From the human T2T-CHM13v2.0 reference genome, Homo sapiens, in NCBI RefSeq assembly GCF_009914755.1, contig NC_060937.1: a stretch of 64,000 nucleotides of DNA. One strand, 5' to 3'. Under the pieces are notes generated by a model. The model saw only the letters and a list, made by a program, of their open reading frames with translations. It did no database searches and had not been told where the DNA came from. Both the position numbers and the translations under genes were made by a program. How positions within the stretch are numbered: position 1 is the first letter of the stretch; every line of letters begins with the position of its first letter. Positions 1 to 11,578 of the stretch are shown one piece after another.

Positions 1-59
1 CATGTAATGAGTTTATTATTGATTTTTATTGCTATCACTGATATTTTAAAGTCAATGTA

Positions 60-1274
60 TAGTCAAGCACCACATAACATTTTAGTGAATGACGGACAGT
101 GTATACAACAGTAGTCATATAAGATTATAATAAAGCCGAAAAATTTCCTATTGCCTAGTGAAATTGTAGCCATCACATTGCAGCACAATGCATCACTCAG
201 GTGTTTATGGTGAAGCTGGTGCAAAAAAACCTACTGTGCTGCCAGTTGTATGAGAGTCCAACATATACAATTATGTACAGTATGGAATACTAATAGTGAT
301 CACAAATGACTAGGTTACCAGTTTATGTATTTACTATACTGTACTTTTTTTTATTATTTCAGAGTATACTCTTTCTACTTACAAAAAGAAAAAAAAAAAG
401 CTGTGAAACAGCCCCTCAGGCAGGTCCTTTAGTAGGTATTCCAGAAGAAGGCCTTGTTATGGGAGATGACAGCTCCATGTATGTTATTGCCCCTGAAGAC
501 CATCTAGTGGCACAAGATGTGAAAGTGGAAGACGGTGATATTGATGATCCTCACCCGGTGCAGGCCTAGGCTAATGTGTGTGTTTGTGTCTTTGTTTTTA
601 ACAAAAAAAAAGTTTACAAAGAAAAACAAACAATTGTAAAAGTAGAAAAAAACTTACAGAATAAGGTTATAAAGAAAATATATTCTTACATCTGTACAAT
701 GTGTTAAGCTAAGTGTTATTGCAAAAAAGTTAAAAAGTTTTAAAATAATTTAAAAGTGTACAAAGTAAAGCATTTACAGTGAGCTAAGGTTATTTTATTA
801 TTGAAGAAAGAAAAGTTTTTAAGTAAATTTAGTGTAGCCTAAGTGTACAGTGTTTATAATGTCTACAGTAGTGGACAGTAATGTTCTAAGTCTTCACATT
901 CACTCACCACTCACCCACTGACTCCCAGAGCAACTTCCAGTCCCACAAGCTCCATTCCTGCTAAGTGTCCTGCACAAATGTGCCCTTTTTAAAAATCTTT
1001 CTTACCATATTTTTACTGTATCTGCTCTATGTTTAGATGTATTTAGATACACAATTAATTACCATTGTGTTACAATTGCCTACAGTATTCAGTAGAGTAA
1101 CATGTTGTACAAGTTTGTAGCCAAGGAGCAACGGCTAGACCATATAACCTAGATAGGTAATAGGTTAGACCGTCTAGGTTTGAGTAAGTCCCTTTGTGAT
1201 ATTCCCGCAATGATGAAATCACCTAATGACACATTTCTTAGAATGTAGCCCCATCATTAAGTGACACATGACTG
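60..1274 (+). mobile_element. Tigger3b-like (Golem) TcMar-Tigger DNA transposon, non-autonomous
   Basis: Terminal inverted repeats (t)agtcaagcaccacataac... and ...ttaagtgacacatgactg, TA on both sides (58-59, 1275-1276), ~1.2 kb long. Confidence 0.85.
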
Positions 1275-1276
1275 TA

Positions 1277-1418
1277 TATTTAATTATTTTATAACTTCTC
1301 AGTTTAAAGTTCTATTAAGTAAATATCAATAACTCACATAAATCAAAAGCTTTTACGGTCTTCCATAATTTTTTAAGAGTTAAAAAGCATCTTGAGACCA
1401 AAAATTTGAGAACTTCTG
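1277..1418. mobile_element. hAT-Charlie (Charlie1-like) terminal fragment, interrupted by the Tigger3b
   Basis: Ends ...cttgagaccaaaaatttgagaacttctg, resembling a Charlie1-family terminus; positions 1-57 are probably the same element. Confidence 0.6.
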
Positions 1419-2344
1419 TTCCAGTCTCCAGGCCCACTACTTAACATATTTTTTTTAAAAAAGCATTATTTAGAGACCTCCCTACAAAGCCACAGCCTCA
1501 CTAAAGAGCTCAAAAAATGAATGCTGACTAAATTCTTCTGTTCCGGGCAGCATCAGGGTTCTCCCTCTCTCGGTTTATACTTGAAGGTAAAATGTTCAAA
1601 TCCTGACGGTAATATGACTCAAAGAGGGGAATTTTTAAAGTTCCAGTTCAGTATCTGCAAGATACTCTCCTATGTGAGAGGTCTAAGGAGACAATAAACC
1701 AAGTGTGAGATTCCGGGCTCAGGTGGGGCCCCTTCAGGGACCCAAGAAACCAAGCCTAACTGAGCATTTGGGGGTTGCGAGGGCAGACATTCTTGTCCAC
1801 ATCAATGCCCCATGTCTTTGAGGGCTCCAGGTGGCACACATGCGGACAGTACATCAGTCTCCCGAGGGCTTCTGGTGTGGGGACTAGTGAGGACTCTTGA
1901 TGAAGAAGTTCACATAGGAGATGATGAACAAAACTTATCCTAACACATGAAGCTACTAGAAGAAATGTAAAAGCATGGAAACTGACATCCTGGGCAAACA
2001 GATGGGGGCCAGGCACTGTCAAAAGCCCACTATTAATCTTGATGAAACAACACTTTTACCTGTCGGCTGCTGAGGCCTGAGACATGCATACGAATTATAT
2101 GCCTATGATCAAGTACTGGTGCACCATAAGTTGTTATAGAAATATAATACAATCTATATATTACAGTTGATCAGCCAGCCAAAGAATTTAAGGATAAATT
2201 ATTCTTGTAAACATAGAATAATTTTTATTTCAAAAATGTTAAAGTAAAAATTATAACAATCAGAATTTATATTTTTTGAAGCTGGATATTGTTCTAAATC
2301 CTTACTTAGAGTGAATCCTTATCTAATTGTCTGATAAACTCTGA

Positions 2345-2430
2345 AATATAGATATTATCATTATCATCCTCATTTTAGACTTGAGGAAACTCAGGAAAGA
2401 GGTTTGCCCAAGGCCACACATTAGGAAGTA
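2345..2430 (-). mobile_element. MIR SINE fragment
   Basis: cattttagacttgaggaaactcag...tttgcccaaggccacaca, MIR core in reverse. Confidence 0.65.
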
Positions 2431-3354
2431 TTAATAAAATATGATTTTTAAATTTTTTCTCCCCAAATCTACCTTCACAGCAAAAATCAGTCACCCTGTA
2501 ATGATACACATTTACATAAAGCTTCAGTATATTTGTAATATAAAAGCTCCATTTCTCAACTCTTCATCACAGCCCACCCGCCTTGCTCACAGATACCCAT
2601 CTCAAATGGTCCTGAGAAAAGCAATCTGGTTCAATTTGCTAAGGGGGCAAAAATTCCCAATAAGGTTTAGTGATTGCCACAGTTGGAATGTTCTGAAATC
2701 AGGGCCATGTTCCTGTCATGGCAAATTAGGTCAGCATGGTAAGACATGGAACCATGCATAGGATGACGGAATGTAAAAGTACATTATTAGCTGATGTCCT
2801 CTCTGTTTTATTTTTCCCCGGTGACATTTAACAAATTGAATGTAAATGTTCAGAAACACACAATGTTCTGTTAGATGGTTTAAAAGACGTACGTGGAGGA
2901 AAGAGTAGCACGTGAACTGGCAGGCAATATCATGACATTGACTATTGTGTACATTTCAGAAAATGTTATTTTTCCAAGAGTGTCTTTTAGAAGTTATCCT
3001 TTAAGTTGTCCAGTACTTTTTTGCTCAAGCTGTTGTTTTTAAGTACGGCAGAAGTAATTCTGTAAACCTCTAGGTGGTATTATAGAAACATGGATGTTTA
3101 AAATATACAACCTTATAATTGGACATGGTGATATTATTCAAAATTAATAAAAGTGTGAATATTTTAAACTACCCTATTGAATACCAGAAAATGATTAACT
3201 TTTAATTTTTTAATTTTTTAAAGTTTTTCTTTTTTTTCCCCATAGTCTCAGATGCTAGATTTCTTCAATAGACATCAAGTCAAAGTAAAAAAAATATTGG
3301 TCGTCACCTACTATTTTAAGTCTTATATATTTCAGACAATAAGTAAGACAAAAT

Positions 3355-3612
3355 GGCAGGATAGTTTGGTGGCTACTGACGTGGGCTCTGTAACCAGATT
3401 TTTTGGTTAGAATCTTGACTCTACTACTTACTGGCTGTGTGACATTGGGTGAGTTACTTAACTTCTCTGTCCCTCTATTCCCCTGTAGTGTGAAATAAGT
3501 TTAATAATACCTCACCAGAATTTTTATGAGGAATAAATGAGTTAAACATATAGAAAGTACTTAGATAACTGCTCAGTACGTAGTAGGTACTCAATATAAG
3601 TTAGCTATTAGT
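3355..3612 (+). mobile_element. MIR SINE, near full length
   Basis: ctactacttactggctgtgtgacattgggtgagttacttaacttctctgt core; ends gtaggtactcaatataagttagctatt. Confidence 0.8.
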
Positions 3613-4084
3613 ATCATCTTATAAATGCTTGACTTTTACTGCCATTTTAATCTAAATGTTTTGCAGATAAAACCCAAATGAACCACAACTTCCATCACCA
3701 GTGTTAAAGCAAATCAAAACTCAGAGATATATTTAAAAGAACTACAAATCTAAATTCAAAGAGCCTGAAAAAAACTTAGATTTTACTGATGTTTTATTGC
3801 AGATACAGAAGTATTCACAGAAAAAATTCTAGCACACGTGCTTTCTGAAATAACGTTTGTGTTTGCCACATACATTTTTAAAAGATCTCTGTGGCTATTG
3901 TATACATAAGGATATCATGAAGGAAGCATTTAAGAGTTGCTGCAGTTGTTCAAAGACGAGATGAGGTTGGAATGGACAATAATCATGGAAACAGAGATGT
4001 ACAAAAGCAGAGATTCTTTACTAAATATTTAATAAATGTAATGTGGAGCTGCTTCCCCACAGATACAAATATGTAGCTATAGAA

Positions 4085-5090
4085 AAGAACAAGTCTGGGT
4101 GAAGATGTGGAGAAATTGGAACCCTCACACAAAGCTAGTGAGATTATAAAATGCAGCCATTTTGGAAAACAGTTTGGCAGGTCCTCAAAAAATTAAACAC
4201 AGAGTTTGCATATGACCAGAGATTCTATTAATACTCTCAGGTGCATACCCAAAAGAATTAAAACCATATGTCTACATAAAAAAACTTGTACACAAATGTT
4301 CATAGCATCATTAATTACATTAGCCAAAAATTGGAAAGAACTCAAATGTCCATCAAATGATGAATGGAAAAATAAAGTGCAGTATATGCATGTCATGAAA
4401 TAATACGCAGCCATGAAAAAGAATGAAAAAAATTTTGTGAGACAGGGCCTCACTCTGTTGCCCAGGCTGGAGTGTAGTGGAGTAATCATGGCTCACTGAA
4501 GCCTCAACCTCCCAGGCTCAGGTGATCCTCTCACCTCAGCCTGCCTAGTAGCTGGGACCACAGACATGCACCACCATGCTCAGCTAATTTTTTGTATTTT
4601 TTACAGAGACAGAGTTTTGCATGTTGCCTAGGCTGGTCTTGAACTCCTGGGCTCAAGTGACCTGCCTGCTTCAGCCTCTCAAAGTGCTGAGATTACAGGC
4701 ATGAGCCACCTGTAAGCCCTGCCAGGAATAAAATATTGATAAATGCTACAACATGGATGAACCTTACAAACATTATGTTAAATTTTTTTAAAAACAGTCA
4801 GATACAACAAGCCACATATTTGATGACTCCATTTGTAAGAAATATCCTTAGTAGGTAAATCCAAAGAGACAGAGAGTACATTTGTGGTTGCCAGGACGTG
4901 GGAGAAGGAAGAATGGAGAGTAACTGCTAATGGGTACAGGGTTTCTCTTTGGGATGTTGAAAATGGTCTGAAATTAGATAGTGGTGATAATAGTATAACT
5001 CAGTGAACACACTAAAAAATTTGAATTGTACACTTATAGAAGTAAATTGTACAGTATTTCCCTATATTCCATTGAAGTTGTTACTAAAAA
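4085..5090 (+). mobile_element. L1M (L1MB-like) 3' end, interrupted by an Alu
   Basis: ORF2 C-terminal relic (gatgtggagaaattggaaccctcac; 4206-4403 ORF is L1-like) followed by an L1MB-type 3'UTR (aaattagatagtggtgat). Confidence 0.8.
4433..4723 (-). mobile_element. AluJ
   Basis: Full dimer in reverse, J-type ctcctgggctcaagtga. Confidence 0.9.
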
Positions 5091-7379
5091 GTACAGAAGA
5101 ATTCACTTATATTAAAAAGATATCTGAAGAGCTACTTATTTACCTCTTCAAAAATGGATGATTTTTAGAAAAATACTGAGGGTCCTCTTATGAAATTTTG
5201 CTTGAGGATAAGGAATTTAAACTTCTGGCAATGTAGACTAACAATATTGGTTATCTTCTGGCAGATGCAGCCTGTAGATAACAGTTATTACTTAGTGATG
5301 TGTTACAAACAATGAAATAATTCTGAGCTCAACCATAGAAAGGAAGAGTAATTAAAAGTTAACCAATATCGCCAAAAAATAAGAAATGTTTTTCATAGTA
5401 CTTAAAGCAGAAGTGGACTAGGCTTAAAAATAAAAGACATTTTTATACAATTAGAATGATCACCAAGGGACAACTGGCACAATGTCTGGTGGAGTGAAAG
5501 AGGACTGATTTTCTAAGCTTTCCATGTCATCTTTTTAAAAAGCCAATTGGATATGCTTAACACTCACCAAGTTGTTTTGTGGTCGCTGAAACTTGTATAC
5601 CCTTGAGCTTTATACGAGAGGAAGATGCACCCAAATACTCGGAAGTTGAAAACCAAGAAGATTTTCAGCTTTACAAATTGCAGCATTATGACATATTCTA
5701 AAATTTATTATGCGCTGTAGGTATTTTACTAAATACTTTTCTTAATGCATTTATTGCAGCTTAATAACTTTAGGTATATTGCTATAGAAGGAGGCTCGAA
5801 TATTCTTGCCTTTTTTCATTGTAAAGTCCATAAACACCCATAAATGCACCAAAGCTCTTGAAATTATACATACGGATTATTAGAGACGAAGAATGATACA
5901 GGATCAGATCATTGTTTCAGTTTTATGTCTATCACTTTTAGTCTCTTTCTCATTCCATTGTGAACCAAAGAACTCTCTACAACAGCTCTGAACATTATCA
6001 GGATGTTCTTTCCCATCCAAACTGTGAAGGAGGAGATAGGGAAATAACAGAGAAAAAAAAGTACACTCTGCCACAGATTCTGTTTTAGGATTATAAAAAT
6101 TTTTCAGTTAAGTGTACCAGGTTATCAAGGTGGTAATTTCATACTTGCTCTGAAACATTGAAAATATTGATAAACTTAAAATATAGATGTTTGGCTGAAA
6201 GAATGAGCTGGAATCAGTCCCAAATACTTTTTGGCAGAAATAATAGGAACCTGCTTCTTCAAATCTTGTAATGATGCCAAATGTTCTCTCTTTCATCAAC
6301 TTTTTATTTAAAATGTCCACCTTCCAAGTGTAAAATAATAGTAATTAATTAAAGGTAGTACAACAAATGCTGTATATTTTTTCTAAAATTTCCATGCCAA
6401 GTCGACTCAACCTTTATGCTGTAAAAACATATTTATATTTTCTGTAATTAGTTAAATGAATGTATGCTAAGCCAATCATTCTCCTTAGGCCTAAAGTAGG
6501 TTTGGGTTTTTTTTCCTCTTAAATGAAGAATGCTTTTCTTTTTCTTCTCTTGTTTTCTTTTTCAGATGCACCTGTTAACATTTTTACCACCACATGTCAG
6601 GCCCAGTTTTATGTCCAAACAATCTTCTAGGCATTTTTGAACATCTGCTATCATATTTGGTATCCTAATAAAAGAATTATAAGGGACCCATGGGTGTCAA
6701 GGTCACAATTTTGTGGCTTCAAAAATAGGAAATAGGACACAAGTGATCCTGACAAGTAAATTGTCCAAATGCAGCTACCTTGGAGATACGGTGCCCAGTG
6801 GAAATAGCACTGTGTTTGTATTTAGAAAAACCTGGAGTCAAATCCTAACCACCATGCCCTATCCCCACCCCCATCTCCCTGGTTCTTTTCCCAGTTGTAA
6901 AAAGATGTAAACACTACATTTTTGTTTGTTTGGTATTTGTTAGCTCTACTTCCTCTCTATCTGATGGCACCTTCATATTGCACGACATTATATACCATGC
7001 GCATTTTTTTCTGTTATATTCTAAGCTTTGATAGCAATTGTATTAATGACATAGCTCTATAAAAATTTTAAAGGTTATTATGTAAAGAAATCACTATGGA
7101 CGAGGAGAGAGCTTTCTGATAAGCTCCAATTTTAAAGAAACATATTCAACAAAGAAGGTAAAGTCCAGAGAGATGGCTGTCAAAGACTAACAAAAGGACT
7201 TAAAAAAGCATTCATAGGTTCAAGAAGGTCTAGGAGGAATAAGCCCACTGCTTAAGACCCTTGGAAACTTAAACTCTTCAATTTTGCTTCTGTCATTGTG
7301 AAGAGAAGGATATCAACACTAAAAACAATTGCTTCTGATGTTAGAGTTCTGTGATTCTATGATTCGTACTCTGTCATTG

Positions 7380-7440
7380 GTTCCAACACAGTGCCTGCCA
7401 CATAGCAAACACTCATTGGAATGTAGAATGAATGAATGAC
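7380..7440 (+). mobile_element. L2 3' terminus fragment
   Basis: cacagtgcctgccacatagc...gaatgaatgaatga. Confidence 0.6.
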
Positions 7441-9413
7441 CAGGATTAATATTTTCAGAACTGCATGGCTTTAAAAACATACAAATTTGGGGAAATATAA
7501 GTTACATTAAGGAAGTATCAAATACAATTAAAGCTTAGAAAACCAAAGAGGCCTTAGAACAATTATCTCAGAGAAATGACACATCCAAAGAGGAAAGGAA
7601 AAATTCTAATTGATAGGACAAATATGATTTTAACATCAGAAGATTCTTTCAAAGAGATCATATATCCACATGTGTAATTTTAAGAAAGGTAGGCACAGAT
7701 AAAATCAAAATAACCCCATCTACCTCTAATTATACCAGAAATATCTCAGTTCCTAAATCTGATTTCTTATGGTCTTATGGTTATAGTTACATTTTGCTTT
7801 ATACTCTTCTCCCCATGAGATGCAAGAAATTATATCTATAATTGCATTGTATTGTTGGTATTTACTGCATCAAGTCTTCAATTTACTGAGTAAACTAGCA
7901 AATTAAATGCTAAGCTTCTTTTTTCCAAATAAATATTATTCCATTTACTCCAAATATATCAAATATGCATTCCCACAGGGAAAAAACAAATAGAAAAAAG
8001 TTCCCAGAAAGCTGAGTGGAAATTTGTGATGAGGGAGAAGTTAAAGACTAGCTTCTCCCCATGACAAAAACCTTGTCCTAAGCCATTAGAAACTTGTAGA
8101 ACCAGCAGTTCACTCTTCAAGGTCAACCAAGCATTCTTAATGCTGTTTTGCATTTCTTTTGGCAACAGGCCACTGCATTTTAACATTTGACATACTCCTT
8201 GCCTTTTGCCTAGCCCTGTAAGTAACAGGACGTTTTTCTGTGCCTGGAAATCAATTCTGTTCTCCTCCCATTCTATGACTCAGATAATGAGATACTAGGA
8301 GTCAGTCAACAATCTCACACTTCCACCCTTCACACTGCAACCTGAAAACTGAAACTACAACTGTAACCACAACTAAAGTTGTACTGCAACCTGAAAGCTG
8401 TAACTTCCATGTTAATATAAAACAATTCCTATTTTTAAAGTCTATAAATTAACATTTTTTGCTTTATTTGAAATGAAAAAAATTAAATTTTATTTATTTT
8501 AGAGAAGAATGAATTAAAATACAAATAGTATAAGAAGAACAAATTAAAATGAAAAATCAACCAAGTTTTAGCAGGTTGATATATATTCAGCATTGTGGAA
8601 AACTCTCTGAAGATATTTCTGTCTTAATGTTTAGTATTTTAGGAGCTCTTCCTCTGTGTAAGGTATGGTAATTGGTGTCATGAGGAAGATAGAAGAAATG
8701 TCTCTGCCACATGAAATATATAATCTAATTGAAGAAACAAAACCATTGAAAGGTTTTTAAGTTGCACGGCACAACAGAATTATATTCTCGGAAGTAGAGG
8801 ACTTGTTAAATGAATGGGACAGGCAAAAAATACTAATTCAGAGTTATAATTAAGAGCACACAGCATCACTTGGGCTGGACTGAATTTGGAAGGCTTCACA
8901 AAGAAAGGACTTGCACTGTGACTTGAATGATGGATGGGATTTATGGAGGCAGAGAGAAAGGAGTGCATTTCACGCCAGCAAAATTGGTTTAAGCAAAAGC
9001 ATAAAATTAGAAAAGTTCAAGGCAGGTTAGGGCAGAGTTTAGCTGGAGTACAAAGCCAGGGAAGTGAATAGTTAGAGCTGTCTGCAAAGGTTGCAGTGAT
9101 GGTCAAGGTCTTACACTGTCAGAATAAGCCATTTGGACTTCTGGTAGGCTGTGGGGAGTCACTGAAGTCTTCAAGTAGGAGAATGACAAGATTGAAGGAG
9201 TGCTTTATGACCAACTTGTCAGCAATATGAATGATGAATTGGCAAAAAAAGAGACTACAAGTAGGATGAATAATTAAAATTAAAAAGCTTCTATAATAGG
9301 AGAAATGGGGAAGATGATAAGAAGCTCAGCAAGAAAGTTGGTACCAGTAGAAGGGAGGATCAGGGAAAGAAATGGAATCAGGAAACATTTGTGTGATGGT
9401 GGATTTTGTTTTT

Positions 9414-9669
9414 GGCATTCTTGAAGAGTTTATTTGGGCAGACCCAGGGTGAGGAGGGCCCTGCACCTAGAAGAAGGTGTTGGATCTCTTGGTGGTGGAG
9501 TGTAGCTTGTGCTGGCGATGTGGGACCCAGTAGGACAGTGGGAACTTAATCTTGGATTTATGGAACTGCTTGGTGGGTAGCCAATGGCACTTGCTAGCCA
9601 AGATCTCTTCCACCTTCATGATCTGAATCTAGGGGACCCAGGTACAGTGTCGGGCACCCATTTCTTGGT
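9414..9669 (-). pseudogene. RPL18A: RPL18A retro-pseudogene fragment (last two exons spliced, plus 3'UTR)
   Basis: Minus strand translates [35 protein letters not shown]|[30 protein letters not shown], versus eL20 [66 protein letters not shown]. Stop at 9467-9469, AATAAA at 9429-9434, internal stop at 9629-9631, no indels. Confidence 0.95.
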
Positions 9670-9858
9670 CTGTAGAATGGGGAGGGGACAAGATTACAGC
9701 ATTCATTAGGTTCTGGGCATTTGGCAAACCTATCAAGTGCCTGCCCAATGACCTGGCACATCCTGTCAGGCACAGCAATTGCCTGAGGACCCCAACTTGG
9801 GGCTGACTTGGGGACTAAGTGGCTGCAGCTGCTGGTCCCAGCAGGAACTTGCCACGAG
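9670..9858 (-). pseudogene. Retained 3' part of the RPL18A snoRNA-hosting intron within the retrocopy
   Basis: GC-rich segment between the snoRNA and the exon, ending in acceptor tcccctccccattctacag|ACCAAG exactly at the exon start. Confidence 0.8.
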
Positions 9859-9923
9859 GGGTATAAAACCTCCAAATTCACTTTAAGGGGCATGACCACA
9901 GCTCTCTAAAGGTGATGAGATCC
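9859..9923 (-). ncRNA. SNORA68: SNORA68 (U68) H/ACA snoRNA retrocopy, 3' hairpin only, probably non-functional
   Basis: Minus strand ggatctcatcacctttagagagctgtggtcatgccccttaaagtgaatttggaggttttataccc matches the recalled SNORA68 3' half GGATCTTGTCGCCTTTGGGGGGCTGTGGCCGTGCCCCTCAAAGTGAATTTGGAGGTTCCACAACT; SNORA68 is hosted by RPL18A. Confidence 0.88.
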
Positions 9924-10044
9924 TTCAATAGACATTGTGAAGAAATAATTGACAAACAATGGTGACTGGTAAGATCTAGGAGGCAAAGAACAACCATGAC
10001 ATCAAACTTTAGAACTGGAATGACTAAGACAGCGTCTTACATTT

Positions 10045-10768
10045 GTGTAGCACACTAAAATTAATCTGCAAAACATGTTCATCCTGGAAATAAAGAAATG
10101 GAACCTCTGATAGTAAACATTTTCCCCTTGGAGGATGGTACAAAATGTTCTTTCGACTACCTAGTAGACAATTTAAAGGTGCTGCTAGGTTCATGTTCTC
10201 CTGCTCAGCTATGGAACATGGCTCTTTATAGTTCCTCATACTTATACTGAATCGTCCATTCCTCCTTTGGTCAAGCATGGATTGAACTGAGCTGGGTGAT
10301 GAAGACTGCATGGGGCTCATTCTGGACCATGCAAACCCAGAAATCTGGAATTGAAATCTAGAAGAGTGTCAGCTGCAGGTCCTGGAAGACTCAGGGCTTA
10401 GAGAGACATTTGTGGGACTCTATGAAGAGGCTATGTAAATATAATAGACTAAAGAGGGTGTAAGAGGAAGAGGAAAGGAGGGAAGAAAGGAGGAGGAGGA
10501 GGAGGAGGAGGAGGAAGTGGAGGAGAAGAAACTGGCAGATATGCAGAGAAAAGCAATGACAAGACACCACTTAAAACTACAGAGGAGGGAGTATCTGCCT
10601 TCGTCCGGCTTACTTGACCAGTTCCCTGCTCCCTAGTGAGATCCAGCAGCTCTTCCTGCCTATAGTTCATACCAATACTCTATATCCTTCCTCACATGTC
10701 TCCTTTTGCTTAACCTAGTTTAAACTGGTATCTGTGTCTTGCAACAAAATTATCCCTGGCAAAGAAAA
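10045..10768 (+). mobile_element. Old MaLR LTR (MLT1-type)
   Basis: 3' end gcttaacctagtttaaactggtatctgtgtcttgcaacaaaa is typical of old MLT1 LTRs; 5' boundary approximate. Confidence 0.55.
10462..10528 (+). repeat. (GGA)n / GA-rich simple repeat
   Basis: About 9 consecutive GGA units inside a purine tract. Confidence 0.9.
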
Positions 10769-11481
10769 TTCATCCTACTATCTCAAGGTGTCATGAACCG
10801 AAAGAGAACAGCCAATGAGAGAAGCTGACTTTAAGAGTAGATAACCAGGGAGAAGGGGTACAGTTTCAAACATATTTATGCATCTAAGTGTGTCATTGGA
10901 ATTACAGGAGTGAAGCTAGGGCAGCAGTTGCAAACGTTGATTTAGCTGTCAGTAAGTAAAGATAATGGTAGAAATTCTCTTACCAGTGAGCATGGAGTAA
11001 CAGAAGACAGAGACAGTTGCCAGGAAGGGGAAGAAAATGTGGTAGAAGTGGTCCAAGAGTTTACCAGATTTCCAGGAAAGATCCTTTAAAATGAGATGCA
11101 AAAAGGAGAAAAGCCATGCTTACCCTGAGGCATTTTCTTTACCAAAGGAACAAAAAACACATCTCTTTTGAAATAAAAGGGCTTATAAAACAAATTTTAT
11201 GAAAATGAATAGCTTCTTTTAATGAGGGCAAAAGTAAGTAAATGTGGGTTAAATTTCAGCTGTTAAAAGTTAAAGCTTAAAATTTTATTTTGACCATAAT
11301 CTTTCTATGTCAATTTCTGGAAACATCATCACATCTGCAATGGACCAATCTCTTCTCTCACGGAAGCTGAAGTTCATCTTTTTCCATGAACCCTTCCCAG
11401 GCAGTAACAGTAAAGTAGTGCAGTCTATGGTCTTAAACACGAAGAACATTTCAAGACTACCCCAAATAAACACATATATAT

Positions 11482-11578
11482 GTTTGAGATGGGGCGTTAC
11501 TATGTTGCCCAAACTAGTCTAGAACTCTGGGCTCTAGCAATCCTCCTACTTCAGCCCCCTGAGTAACTGGGATTACCA
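11482..11578 (-). mobile_element. FLAM (Alu monomer) fragment
   Basis: gagatggggcgttactatgttgcccaaactagtctagaactctgggct...ctgggattac. Confidence 0.8.

Larger units (their letters stand above)
8635..10020 (-). mobile_element. L2 LINE fragment, interrupted by the RPL18A/SNORA68 retrocopy
   Basis: Purine-rich reverse L2 motifs (gtaggctgtggggagtcactgaagtcttcaagtaggagaatgaca); the element resumes after 9925. Confidence 0.65.

Noticed and set aside
306-569. 87-aa ORF with a transposase-like acidic tail
   Set aside because: Lies within the non-autonomous Tigger3b and spans a poly-A run; not a gene.
2059-2075. Possible 17-nt minus-strand micro-exon (cag|gtaaaa donor)
   Set aside because: The acceptor lacks a pyrimidine tract and the length is not frame-preserving.
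9594-9899. 101-aa minus-strand ORF
   Set aside because: Chance read-through of the snoRNA, intron and exon of the retrocopy, out of frame with RPL18A.
10449-10670. Poly-proline ORF
   Set aside because: Translation of the (GGA)n repeat on the minus strand.
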